This document shows, piece by piece, positions 49,030-59,200 of a stretch of 64,000 nucleotides of DNA. A model generated the notes under the pieces. It made no database searches and was not told the origin of the DNA. It worked only from the letters and a program-made list of their open reading frames with translations. The first letter of the stretch is position 1. Each line of letters opens with the position of its first letter. This DNA comes from an uncultured delta proteobacterium (lineage in GTDB: Bacteria; Myxococcota; Myxococcia; Myxococcales; Myxococcaceae). The translations under genes were made by a program, and so were the position numbers. The stretch is taken from NCBI GenBank assembly GCA_963796055.1, contig CAWCKH010000004.1, positions 1,760,001 to 1,824,000 of the forward strand, given 5' to 3'.

Positions 49030-50117
49030 AACTGGACGAGGCACTGGCGCTGGCGATCGCCGGCGCGCTGCGAAGAGCCTGGGCTGACCCCGGTCCACCC
49101 CGCGTGCCGGCGGTGGACGTTCGACGCTGGGCCGAGCGCTTGGTCGAGGGTGGTGTCGCAGGGCTCGCGTGGTGGCGCATCAAGAACACCGAGATGGGGA
49201 CGCTCGCCCAGCTCTTACCGCTGCGCGCAGCGTTTCAGCACCACGCCCTGACGGCGGCCAGGCAGGAACGCGATCTTCCGCATCTTCTGGCTCACTTCAA
49301 TGCCGAAGGGATCGAGCCGATCCTGTTCAAGGGGTGGACCCTCGCGCGACTCTATCCGCACCGCGCGCTCCGTCCGTTCGGTGACTTCGACCTGCTGGTG
49401 CGGGAGTCCGAGGTCGATCGGGCCCGCACGGTTCTGCGCTCCCTCGGACCGGACCTTCAGTCGCGGGCCGATGTAGACACCGCGCGGACGCTGGCGCGCT
49501 ACCTGCCTGATCGAACGGAGGCCGAACTCTTCGGCCGTGCCCGCTCGGAGACGGCCGGTGGTGCTCGGCTCAGGACGCTCGCCGCCGAGGACCACCTCCG
49601 TCTGGTGACGCTGCACCAGCTTCATCACGGGGCCTGGCGGCCGCTGTGGCTGTGTGACGTGGCGTTGTTGCTCGAGGCGCTCCCAGCGGAGTTTTCCTGG
49701 GAGCGGTGCCTCGCAGGCGATCCACGGCTGAGTGAGGGTGTACTGGTCAGCGTGGCGCTCGCGCACGAGTTGCTCGGAGCGACCATTCCGCGCGGAGTGC
49801 CGCAGGTGGCGGTCCCCCGCTGGCTCCGACGTGCGGTGTTCCACGGATGGGCGCATGGCTACGAGAGCATGCCCCCGTCGCTGTACGACCTCCGGAAGCT
49901 GGGGTGGCCAGAGGCGGTGACGGCAATCCGCGCGCGGTGGCCGGATCCGGTGAGCGCGACGGTGCATCTTCGCGCTCCGTTCCGAGCCGTGCCGCGTCCC
50001 GTGGTCCAGCTCACGGAGTGCCTGCGCCGGGCGGCGGCTTTCGTCCGGCGTGATTTGCGCTGGCGTGCGGGTCTGGACGCGCAGCTTGCAACTGTCGGCA
50101 AGGGGGTTGTGCCGTGA
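49026..50117 (+). CDS. nucleotidyltransferase family protein (NTP_transf_5-like, copy 1)
   Basis: LFKGWTLARLYP...RPFGDFDLLV, WLCDVA; GTG overlaps the upstream TGA. Confidence 0.85.
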   Translation: MKLDEALALAIAGALRRAWADPGPPRVPAVDVRRWAERLVEGGVAGLAWWRIKNTEMGTLAQLLPLRAAFQHHALTAARQERDLPHLLAHFNAEGIEPILFKGWTLARLYPHRALRPFGDFDLLVRESEVDRARTVLRSLGPDLQSRADVDTARTLARYLPDRTEAELFGRARSETAGGARLRTLAAEDHLRLVTLHQLHHGAWRPLWLCDVALLLEALPAEFSWERCLAGDPRLSEGVLVSVALAHELLGATIPRGVPQVAVPRWLRRAVFHGWAHGYESMPPSLYDLRKLGWPEAVTAIRARWPDPVSATVHLRAPFRAVPRPVVQLTECLRRAAAFVRRDLRWRAGLDAQLATVGKGVVP

Positions 50118-53100
50118 CTGCCTGGAGGGCCCTGAGGGCCGCGCTGCTCATGGTGGCGGCGGCTAGCAGCCCGAGTCTTGCGCAGGTGACCTGCCCCATT
50201 GGGGCGAGCACGTGGCTGGACGGCGCGGGCTCGTGGGTGACCGGAACGAACTGGAATCCGACGGGGGTGCCAGCCCCGAGCGCCGATGTCTGCTTCGATA
50301 CTTCCACGGCCAACCCCACGCTCGCGGCCGGGACCACGACGGTGGGGACGCTGAACGTGCTGTCCACGGGGACCCTCACGTTGACCGGTGGCTCTCTCCG
50401 CAACTTCACGATCAACGGCGGGATCAATGCCGATGGTCCGTTCACCTTCAACAGCATCACCAATGTCATTCCCTCGGCGACTCAAAGCTGGGTGATCAAC
50501 GGGTTCGGAAGCACATTCAATTCTCCGCTATCGGTGCCGGTCCTGACTGCCGCGACGACAACGATCAACGTCACCGGGATCGCTGACCTCACTTTCAACG
50601 TGGCCGCCCCTCGGGGATTTCAGGCGTTCAACTGGGGCGCAGGCGTCCTGACCCTGACGACCAATGGGCTTGGATCAGGCACTCCGATCACCTTGAGTGG
50701 CGCGAATGCGGCACTCCTCGTCAGCTCGACGGCTGCACTGACTCTCGACAATCCCGTCATCGCCACTGCCTCCGGAGAGTTGTTGGCAGTGGACGGAGCG
50801 AGCGGTGTTCAGCACGCGCTCGGGCGTGTGACGGTCTCACCAGGCGTGACGCTCCAAGAGTTGCTGGGGGGCACGAACAACGTCAAGCTCCAGCTCGGTG
50901 GTCTCACGCTCGGCGCGGGCTCGACACTCCTGAAGCAGGACTTCGGCGGCATCTATGTCAATGGGAGCGTGTCCGACACGGCGAGCAGCACGCTGACTCT
51001 GTTCATCGGGTTCACGACCCCCACTGGCTCGCAGCTGGACGAGGGGCTGCACTTCCAGTCGAGCACGACGGTCAACTCGATCATCTCCTCCACCGCGAGT
51101 TTGAACTCGGCGATGGTCGGCGCGGACGGGGCCACCACTCTGACCCTCGCCGGTGTGGTCGATGTGGGGAACGCCGGCCGCCTGATCCTCATCCCCCGGG
51201 GCGGGGCCACCATCCTGTTCGGTCCTTCCTCGTTCAATGCACCGGGCAATCCGAACGACATCCAGCTCCGCGGCACCGCTGGCAACACCGTCGAGTTCAC
51301 CAACGCGGCGGTGACCGCGAACGCAGTCACGGTGTACGACGGGCTCAGTTTCCAGACCGACGCCAACCCACCGCCACCGACGGTCACCTTCTCCACCACG
51401 AGCGGAGCGACCTGGCGGGTTCGTAACGCGGCTCAAAGTCTCCCCGGAGCGCTCACGCTCAACGCCGCTGGGACCGTGGACACGGGAACCGATCTGACCA
51501 TCACCGGGGTGCTTGCCGGGTCCGGAGCGCTCACCAAGACGGGTGCTGGTTCGTTGACCCTCGGGCCGGGGACCCATACCCACAACGGTGGAATCACCGT
51601 GAACGCCGGGACGCTCGAGGTGGACGGAACGCTCACTGGTGAGAACACCATCAGCATCAACAACGGTGGTGGGCTCGCAGGTGCCGGGACGCTGCAGTCG
51701 GGCACCGGGCCGATCACCGTGGCAGCGGGCGCGCGCTACACGCCCGGCAGCGGCGGCACCGGAATACTCGCGACCAATGACCTGAGCCTCAGCGACACCT
51801 CGGTGCTGAACTTCACCGTGGGCACACCGACGACTACGGGTTCGGTCACCGGGGCGCTGCTCCTCGACGGCATCCTCAACATCACGCAGGGCCCGGGCTT
51901 CGCCCAGGGCGTGTACACGATCTTCACCGCGACCGCCGCGATCACCAACAACGATCTTCGTCTGGGCACGGTGCCCACCGGTTTCTCCTACGGCTACGCG
52001 GTCAACGGAAACCAGGTCGAGCTGCACGTCGGTCCGCCCCCCACGGCCGTCGAGATGGTGAAGTCCGATGCCGTCAGCGACGGCAGCTCGGCTCAGGTCG
52101 CCTGGGAAGCAGGGACCGAGGTGCGGAATCTCGGCTACCGCGTGTACCGGGAAGAGAACGGCCGTCGTCAAGAGATCAGCGGACTGATCGCCGGCTCATC
52201 GTTACGGGCGGGATTCGACCCCCTCGCCGGCCGCAACTACGGCTTTGTTGACCCGAGCGGATCGTGGGGAGCCCGCTACTGGATCGAGGCCATCGGTCTG
52301 GACGGGAAGAGCCAGTGGTTCGGGCCGGTGAACGCTCGGCGTGGAGACTTGCCCCAGACGCGTGTGCAATCCGCTGCGCTCGTGGCAAAGGTCGGGGCGT
52401 CGGCGCTGGTCGCCTCCGTTGAACGGCCCAGCGCTCGCCAGGTGGACCCACCGGGTGTCGATCGCTCTTGGCGAGATCCGAACCTGAGGCGACAGTGGGA
52501 GATCGCGGCCAGCTCGACTGCGGTGAAGCTCCTCGTCCATCAGGACGGCGTGTACCGGGTCAGCGCAGACCAGCTCGTCCAGGCCGGCCTTCCTGCGGGG
52601 ACTCCGCTCGGCTCGCTGAGGCTCTGGTCGGGCGGTAGCCCCGTCGCGTTCCGCGTGGTCGGGAATGCTGTCGAATTCTTCGGGCAGGCCGCGGACACCC
52701 GGTACACCGACACCCGGGTGTACTGGCTCACCACTGGGCTGGGCCAACCGATCTCGATCAAGGCGGCTCCGACGGCGAACGCCACGGGCGCAGCCGGCAG
52801 CTTCCTCGAAACGCTCGAGATTCGCGACCGTACGCTGTACCTCGCGGCACTCCTGAACGCAGAGACGGATGGCTTCTTCGGGGAACCGCTCATCGGAACG
52901 AGCCCGATGGAGCGCGTGTTCTCCACTCCTGCGCTGGCGGTGGTGGCGAGCGACCCCGCCGTGCTGGAGGTGAGCGTCCAGGGGCTCACCAACGGTAACC
53001 ACACGATCGACGTCACCGTGAACGGGCTCGTCGTGGGGACCGTCCACAGTGTGTTCCAGGACGTGGCGAAGGCCCGCTTCATGGTTCCGCCTGGGCTGCT

Positions 53101-54598
53101 GGTGGCGGGAGACAACAAGGTCACCCTGGTTGGGCGCACTAGCTCCGAGATCGCGATCGAGATCTCGCAGCGGCTCACCTACCCACGTCAGTACATTTTG
53201 GGTGGCCCGCTCCGTTTCACGGCTCCGACTGGATTGGCGCTGACGCTCGCCGGCGCGGACGCATCCACTCACGTCCTCGACATCACCAACGTCCTCTCCC
53301 CTGCGGCCGTCGCGCTCACCAGCACTTCGGGAGGGGCGCGTCTGATCGCTAGTGGCTCGGGTACACGCATCCTCTACGCCTACCGCGATTCCGACGTGCG
53401 CTCTCCCGCCTGGGTGCAGAACGTCTCGAGTGCCTGGCACAACTCCAGCGGCGCCGATCTGGTCATCATCGGTCAGCGGGATCTCCTACCGAGCCTCCGT
53501 CCGCTCGCGGAACAGCGGGCGAGTGAGGGCTTGAAGGTCGCGCTGGTCGACGTCACTGACGTGTACGACGAATTCTCTGCGGGCGAGAAGGATGCGATGG
53601 CCATCCGCGCATTCCTCTCGGCGGCGATGGAGCGGTGGTCGACGCCGCCCCGCTTCGTGCTTCTCGTCGGATCGGCCACCTTCGATCCGCGCGGCTGGCT
53701 CGGACAGCCGGAGCTCGACCAGGTCCCGACGGTGCTGGTGCAGACTCGCTACCTCGAGACGGCATCGGATGACGCACTCGTCACCTTCCACGGCACCGTC
53801 CCTGACTTGGCGATCGGGCGGCTACCGCTCTCCACGCCAGCGGCGATGGAAGCGGCTGTGGCAAAGATCGTCGGGCGCAAGCTGGCGGGCGGCGAGGACA
53901 CGCTGCTCCTGATACGCGATCGGGACGGCACCATCTCGTTCTCCGCAGCCTCAGCCGAGGTGCGGGCTGCAGTCTCAAGCTGGAAGGCGCAGGACTTCCC
54001 ACGCGGCGCCGATGACGCCGCTACTCATTCCGCCCTGCTTGACGCACTTCGCAGTGGTCCGATCGCCGTCGACTACCAGGGTCACGGAGCGGAGGACTTC
54101 TGGGCCGGACGGATATTGGCGTCCACGGATGCCGATGCTCTGGCCGGTGCCGGCACGAGTTCGCTCGTGGTCGCCGCCACGTGTCTGAACGCGTACTTCC
54201 TGGACATCGGTCGCGAGAGCTTGGGCGCCGCGATGCTCAGGACCCCAGAAGGCGGCGCCTGGGGCGTCTGGGCGTCCTCCGCCCTGACACTTCCAACCGA
54301 CCACGCGCTGCTGAGCAAAACGCTGCTCTCCGCGGTGCTGAACGACGGGATGACGCTCGGGGAGGCGACCCTCAAGGCCAAGCAGGCGGTGAGTGATCTC
54401 GACGTTCGTGCCACCTTCCACCTCCTCGGCGACCCGAGCGCCCGGGCCGTGGCCACGCGGAGCTCTGCACTCACGATCTCGAAGCCGAAGAGCTCCTCGG
54501 CCGGCGGCTGCAATACCCCGGGTGGTCCGCTCTCGGCGCTGGCGCCGCTGGTCTTGGCCGTCCTGGCGCTCTCGCTCCGCCGCCGCTCGGTCTCCTGA
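50114..54598 (+). CDS. large surface protein: beta-strand passenger + C25 (gingipain-like) cysteine peptidase + MYXO-CTERM-like anchor (copy 1)
   Basis: Signal peptide, LTKTGAGSLTL repeat, DVYDEFSAG, RFVLLVGSATFDPR, IGRLP, YQGHG, ATCLN, LLGDPS; GGC...TM...RRR tail. Confidence 0.88.
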   Translation: MTAWRALRAALLMVAAASSPSLAQVTCPIGASTWLDGAGSWVTGTNWNPTGVPAPSADVCFDTSTANPTLAAGTTTVGTLNVLSTGTLTLTGGSLRNFTINGGINADGPFTFNSITNVIPSATQSWVINGFGSTFNSPLSVPVLTAATTTINVTGIADLTFNVAAPRGFQAFNWGAGVLTLTTNGLGSGTPITLSGANAALLVSSTAALTLDNPVIATASGELLAVDGASGVQHALGRVTVSPGVTLQELLGGTNNVKLQLGGLTLGAGSTLLKQDFGGIYVNGSVSDTASSTLTLFIGFTTPTGSQLDEGLHFQSSTTVNSIISSTASLNSAMVGADGATTLTLAGVVDVGNAGRLILIPRGGATILFGPSSFNAPGNPNDIQLRGTAGNTVEFTNAAVTANAVTVYDGLSFQTDANPPPPTVTFSTTSGATWRVRNAAQSLPGALTLNAAGTVDTGTDLTITGVLAGSGALTKTGAGSLTLGPGTHTHNGGITVNAGTLEVDGTLTGENTISINNGGGLAGAGTLQSGTGPITVAAGARYTPGSGGTGILATNDLSLSDTSVLNFTVGTPTTTGSVTGALLLDGILNITQGPGFAQGVYTIFTATAAITNNDLRLGTVPTGFSYGYAVNGNQVELHVGPPPTAVEMVKSDAVSDGSSAQVAWEAGTEVRNLGYRVYREENGRRQEISGLIAGSSLRAGFDPLAGRNYGFVDPSGSWGARYWIEAIGLDGKSQWFGPVNARRGDLPQTRVQSAALVAKVGASALVASVERPSARQVDPPGVDRSWRDPNLRRQWEIAASSTAVKLLVHQDGVYRVSADQLVQAGLPAGTPLGSLRLWSGGSPVAFRVVGNAVEFFGQAADTRYTDTRVYWLTTGLGQPISIKAAPTANATGAAGSFLETLEIRDRTLYLAALLNAETDGFFGEPLIGTSPMERVFSTPALAVVASDPAVLEVSVQGLTNGNHTIDVTVNGLVVGTVHSVFQDVAKARFMVPPGLLVAGDNKVTLVGRTSSEIAIEISQRLTYPRQYILGGPLRFTAPTGLALTLAGADASTHVLDITNVLSPAAVALTSTSGGARLIASGSGTRILYAYRDSDVRSPAWVQNVSSAWHNSSGADLVIIGQRDLLPSLRPLAEQRASEGLKVALVDVTDVYDEFSAGEKDAMAIRAFLSAAMERWSTPPRFVLLVGSATFDPRGWLGQPELDQVPTVLVQTRYLETASDDALVTFHGTVPDLAIGRLPLSTPAAMEAAVAKIVGRKLAGGEDTLLLIRDRDGTISFSAASAEVRAAVSSWKAQDFPRGADDAATHSALLDALRSGPIAVDYQGHGAEDFWAGRILASTDADALAGAGTSSLVVAATCLNAYFLDIGRESLGAAMLRTPEGGAWGVWASSALTLPTDHALLSKTLLSAVLNDGMTLGEATLKAKQAVSDLDVRATFHLLGDPSARAVATRSSALTISKPKSSSAGGCNTPGGPLSALAPLVLAVLALSLRRRSVS

Positions 54599-54823
54599 GG
54601 CCGGACGTTGTGAACCGGCGCGCTCTGCGCCGTGGGTCACCACCGACTTGGTGGCCCGCGCCGACCCCGCATCCCACCTCTGCGGGGAATGTCGGACCGC
54701 GTCGGCAAACTACCGACTGAACTTCGAGCTCTCTCCATGTCGTCGACGCGCAGAGGCGCTTTCTCGACGGAGCGTCGGAGTGTCTGCGAGGATGCGGGCA
54801 TCGATTCTGCACCCTGACCCTTG

Positions 54824-55279
54824 ATGCCGAACCGACCCAAGGCCCGGACGGACCAGCTCCTCGTCCAGAGAACTGGACAGGACACCCTGGTCTACGACGA
54901 GCGGACCCACCGGGCGCACTCCCTCGATGCGAGGGCGGCACGGGTGTGGGAGCTCTGCGACGGCGCACGGACCGAGCCCGAGATCGCGCAGGCTTACGGC
55001 GAGGGCGCAGCAGGCGAGGCGGTGGTGAGCTGGACGCTGGCAGCGCTTGAGAAATCCGCGCTCCTCGAGGACGACAGCGGAGTGGAGGCGCGGGCGGCAC
55101 TGAGCCGGCGGGCGCTGATGAGGACCGTCGGGCTCGCGGCGATCCCGGTCATCATGGCGATCACCGCTCCGCGGGCGCGGGCGGCCGTGTCGAGTTGCTC
55201 GAACGGTGGGCAGCAGTGCTCGACGAAGCCGTGCTGCCCCATGTTGACCTGTGACACCCAGACCTTCACCTGTCAGTGA
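54824..55279 (+). CDS. PqqD/RRE domain fused to Tat-like leader and Cys6 knottin-like core (copy 2)
   Basis: DTLVYD...HSLDARAARVWELCDG, SRRALMR + hydrophobic + ARA, then C-x6-C-x4-CC-x4-C-x6-C. Confidence 0.8.
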   Translation: MPNRPKARTDQLLVQRTGQDTLVYDERTHRAHSLDARAARVWELCDGARTEPEIAQAYGEGAAGEAVVSWTLAALEKSALLEDDSGVEARAALSRRALMRTVGLAAIPVIMAITAPRARAAVSSCSNGGQQCSTKPCCPMLTCDTQTFTCQ

Positions 55280-56280
55280 CCGCGGTGGCACATCCCCTGG
55301 CGATGGCGTTGCGCGACACCTTCCGCACCCAGGCGGTCGGGCCGATGTCGCTCGCCCCTGAGCTCGTCCGCTCTGCCGAAGTGACTGGAGTCGAGGCGCT
55401 GCTGCTGCGGCGTCGAGAGGACGTGCCATCCGGGACGGAGCGCTTCCAGAGTCTGGAGTACCTTCGTCGCGAGCGCTGGCTGGCCTCGGTCTTCACCGCG
55501 CTCGAGTCCCACGGAATCCGGGCGGTCACGTTCAAGGGCTGGGCTCTCGCCCGCCTCTACGGCCGACCCGGGCTGCGGCCGGTCGGCGACGTGGACCTCG
55601 CCGTCCGTCCCGAAGACTTCGGACACGCGCGGACGGTACTCGCCGCCTTCCAGGGCGAGAACGAGGTCGATCTCCAGTCGGACCTCTCGCGGTACCTTCC
55701 TGACCGGAGCCCGGAGGCGCTGCTGACCTGCGCCCAGGCCGTCGAGGTCGCCGGTGGTCACATCCAGGTACTGGGTCCCGCCGACCACCTCCGTCTGGTT
55801 TGTCTCCACCAGCTCCACCACGGATCCTGGCGGCCTCTTTGGCTGTGCGACGTGGCGGTGCTGCTCGAGTCATTGCCGGCGGACTTCTCCTGGGCGGAGT
55901 GCCTTCATGGGAGCCGGCACCTGGGAGAGGGCGTGCTCGCCTGCGTGGGTCTCGCCTGCGAATGGCTGGGCGCAAGACCGACGGTGCCGCCGCCGGAGGC
56001 CGTCGTCCCGGAGTGGTTCCGCCGTGCGGTCGGGAGTGCATGGGACCGGGGCTACCGTCCGTCTCCGGAGCGGCTCGAGGGCATCTCGCTGGCCCGGCTT
56101 CCAGAAGCGCTCAGGGCACGCTGGCCGGATCCACTGTCCTCGACGCTCCATCTGGACGCACCTTTCCACCGGGTACCGAGACTGCCGATCCAGGTTGCGG
56201 AGCTGGTCCGCCGCAGCTCGCGCCACGCCGTCCGCCGGTGGCGGTCGCGCGGAGCGGGGGTGGGAAGGGGGGAGTCGTGA
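55276..56280 (+). CDS. nucleotidyltransferase family protein (copy 2)
   Basis: TFKGWALARLY...RPVGDVDLAV, HLRLVCLHQLHHGSWRPLWLCDVA; paralog of 49026-50117. Confidence 0.85.
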   Translation: MTAVAHPLAMALRDTFRTQAVGPMSLAPELVRSAEVTGVEALLLRRREDVPSGTERFQSLEYLRRERWLASVFTALESHGIRAVTFKGWALARLYGRPGLRPVGDVDLAVRPEDFGHARTVLAAFQGENEVDLQSDLSRYLPDRSPEALLTCAQAVEVAGGHIQVLGPADHLRLVCLHQLHHGSWRPLWLCDVAVLLESLPADFSWAECLHGSRHLGEGVLACVGLACEWLGARPTVPPPEAVVPEWFRRAVGSAWDRGYRPSPERLEGISLARLPEALRARWPDPLSSTLHLDAPFHRVPRLPIQVAELVRRSSRHAVRRWRSRGAGVGRGES

Positions 56281-59200
56281 GAAGACTGATTCCGTTCGCG
56301 TTGCTTGCAGTCGCACTGGCTGCGCCACGGGCGCATGCCGTCGCCAAAACCTGGAACGGCAGCGTCAACATCCAGTGGAACAACGGCGCCAACTGGACGC
56401 CCGCCGGAGTTCCGACCGCCGCGGATGACGTGACGATCAACGTCCCAGGCACGGTCCGGATCTCGAACAATCCGATCGCCGCCGATGCGGTCGCAGCATC
56501 GCTGACCATCGGTGCGGCGGTCACGATGAATCGCGGCAACGGCCACATCCTCACCGTGACCAACGGCATCAATGTCAACTCGACCTCTGACGTGTTGATC
56601 CAGGTGCCGTTCACCGCGGCGAGCCTGAGCAAGAGCGGCACCGGAAATCTGACCCTGAACGGAGCCGCCCTGTCCGGGACGACGCCGCAGGTCAGCGGGA
56701 CGGTCGACGTGACCGGCGGGACACTGACCCTCAACGGCGGGAACGATCTGACCACCGGCGGAGCGGTGAACGTCAGCACGGGCGCGACCCTGGCTCGCAA
56801 CGGTGCCGGCTTCCTGAACGCGGGTGGAGCGGTGACCGTCGATGGAGGAGCGATGACCTTCGCCGCCGGTGGTGGTCTCGCCGCCAGTGCGACGGTCACC
56901 GTCATGGGCGGGGGAACCGTGTCCTTCGCCGGAGGCGGCGGTCTCACCTCGGGCGGCGCGGTGACCGTCACTGGTGGGACGATGAGCTTCGCGGCCGCTG
57001 GTGGTCTCACCTCGGGCGGAGGAGTGAACGTCACCGGCGGAACGATCACCTTCGCTGGCGGTGGCGATCTCGCATCGGCGACTTCGATGGTCACCGTGGG
57101 GGCCGGCGGCACTCTGGCATTTCCCGGCAATGCCAACCTCGGCGCGGGCGACGTGATCGTGAACGGCGGAATCGTCTCCTTTGGCGGGAACGGAGATCTC
57201 ATTGCCACCGGAGGAGTGACGGTGACCGGAGGAGGGAGTCTCTCCTTCGGTGGGAACGGCGACATCACCGCTCAGAGCTTCACGCTGGCCTCGGGCTCGT
57301 CATTCACCTTGAACTTCGCCACCGGTGGCAACCCGACGAACATCAACCTCACCGGCGGGACCGGAGCCCTGGGCGGGACCGTCAACATCACCGGGACTCC
57401 GAACGCAGCCAGCTTCAACATCCTCACCGGTGCGAGCACGGTGGACATCACCGGGGTGATGCTCGGGAGCGCGCCGAGCGGATTGGCGTTCGGGTTCCGC
57501 CCACTGGGAACCAGCACCGTCGTGCTCGACGTGACGGTCAACCCCATCGCTCCGGATGGCACCGCCTCGGCCACTGGAAGCTGCCCGGGACCGATGACCT
57601 GGCAGCACACCATCTCCGCAACCGCCAACGACCGCTACCTGCTGGTCGGAGTGTCGACGGGCACCAGCGCCGTCACCCCGACGGCGGTGAGCTTCGGCGC
57701 CCAGCCAATGGGCCTCATCGCCAGCCGGGTCAATGGCAGCTCGGGCGCGTTCATCTATGGCCTGGTGGCCCCGGGGCGTGGAACGGGGACCATCACCGTC
57801 ACCCTCCCCGCAGGCCCATGCAGCGTGGTCGCCGGCTCGCTCTCGTATACGGGGGTCCTTCAGGCCAGCTCGACGGGCACCGCCGCCACCGCCGCGGGGA
57901 CGGGGACCAGCGCCTCGGCGTCGCCTTCGACCGTCCAGGGGGACAAGGTCATCGCCGTCCTGGCGTCCAACGGGGCCACCTCCGCGACCCCGCAGGCCGG
58001 AGCGACCGTCCGCTGGTCTGCGATCCAGGGCACGGTGCTCGGCGCGGGTGATACCGCGAGCCGCAGCGGGGCAGGCACTTTCAACGTGACCATGAGCTGG
58101 ACCCTGAGCCCGTCGAGCGAGTTCGCGCTCGCGTCGGTCCCCATCCATGCGGCAGCGCCCACTCGGGTGATGGAGATCGCGGCATCGGTTCGGCGCTCGG
58201 GGACGGCCCTGGCGGTGTCCGTGCGGTCTGGGCCCAGGTCGGACCTGGTGGGCTTTCGCGTGTGGCGCGAGGCCGCTGGGCAGCGTGAGCTCCTCACCCC
58301 AGGTCTGGTGGAGGGTCCGGTACTCACCTCACGGGCCAGCCTGCTGGCAGGCTCTGAGAGCGGCTGGGTCGATGCCCGACCCGTCCCCGGTGCGAACTAT
58401 CTGATCGAGGCGCTCCACCTCAACGGTCGGACCACCTGGTCGCGGGCGGCACCTGGCGCGGGTCCGGCTCCCCCCGTGGCCTCGGCTCTGCTGGCGTCGC
58501 CGGCCAGTGCGGTGGTGGTTCACCAGCCCGCGCTTCGCGTGAGCGCCGCCGAGCCCGTGTCTCGCAGATCCGCGCTGGTGATGCAGGGCACCCAGTGGCA
58601 GCTCGCCGCGGACGCCGCGGTGAAGATGAGGGTGTCCACGGCGGGCCTGGTCCGCGTCCCGGCCGAGCTGCTCTTCGCCGCCGGCATTCCCGTCGGTGCC
58701 GCGGCGTCCTCGATCCAGCTGTTCCGCGGTGGGCGCCCAGTCCCCCGGACCGTCGACGCCTCGGACGGCGTTACGCTGCGGAGCGGGGACGCAGTGGAGT
58801 TCTACGGCTACCCGATGGACACGCGCTACTCCGGCTCCGCCGTCTACTGGCTGACCGCAGGCAAGGGTGTGGGCGTGGAGGTCCCGAGCACCGGGTGGAT
58901 CGCGCCGGGCGCGGCCACCCGCTCGTATCTCGCCTCAGCCGAGGTCCGGGAGCGCCTCACCTGGTTTGGCGCCGCAAGAAACGGCGACGCCGAGAAGTTC
59001 TTCGGGCCGGCGGTCCACTCCACCGCCCGGCAGCGGACGATTCCGGTCGACGCCCTTGACGTCTCGGGGGCGGGGGCACGGCTCGAGCTCGCGTTCCAGG
59101 GTTTGACCGAGATCCCCCACGCAGTGTCGGTGAGCGTGAACGGCCTCCCTGTCGCCTCGGTGACCTTCGACGGGAATACACCCCATTCGGCGCTGGTCCC

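Noticed and set aside
55800..56276. N-terminal extension of the 1653-aa ORF
   Set aside because: Overlaps nucleotidyltransferase copy 2 in another frame; the signal peptide and SD point to GTG 56277
48577..56280. Interpretation as a lasso-peptide or PQQ cluster
   Set aside because: No asparagine-synthetase-like cyclase, B2 protease or pqqBCE in the window, and the cores are Cys6 rather than lasso-like; genes beyond 64000 cannot be excluded
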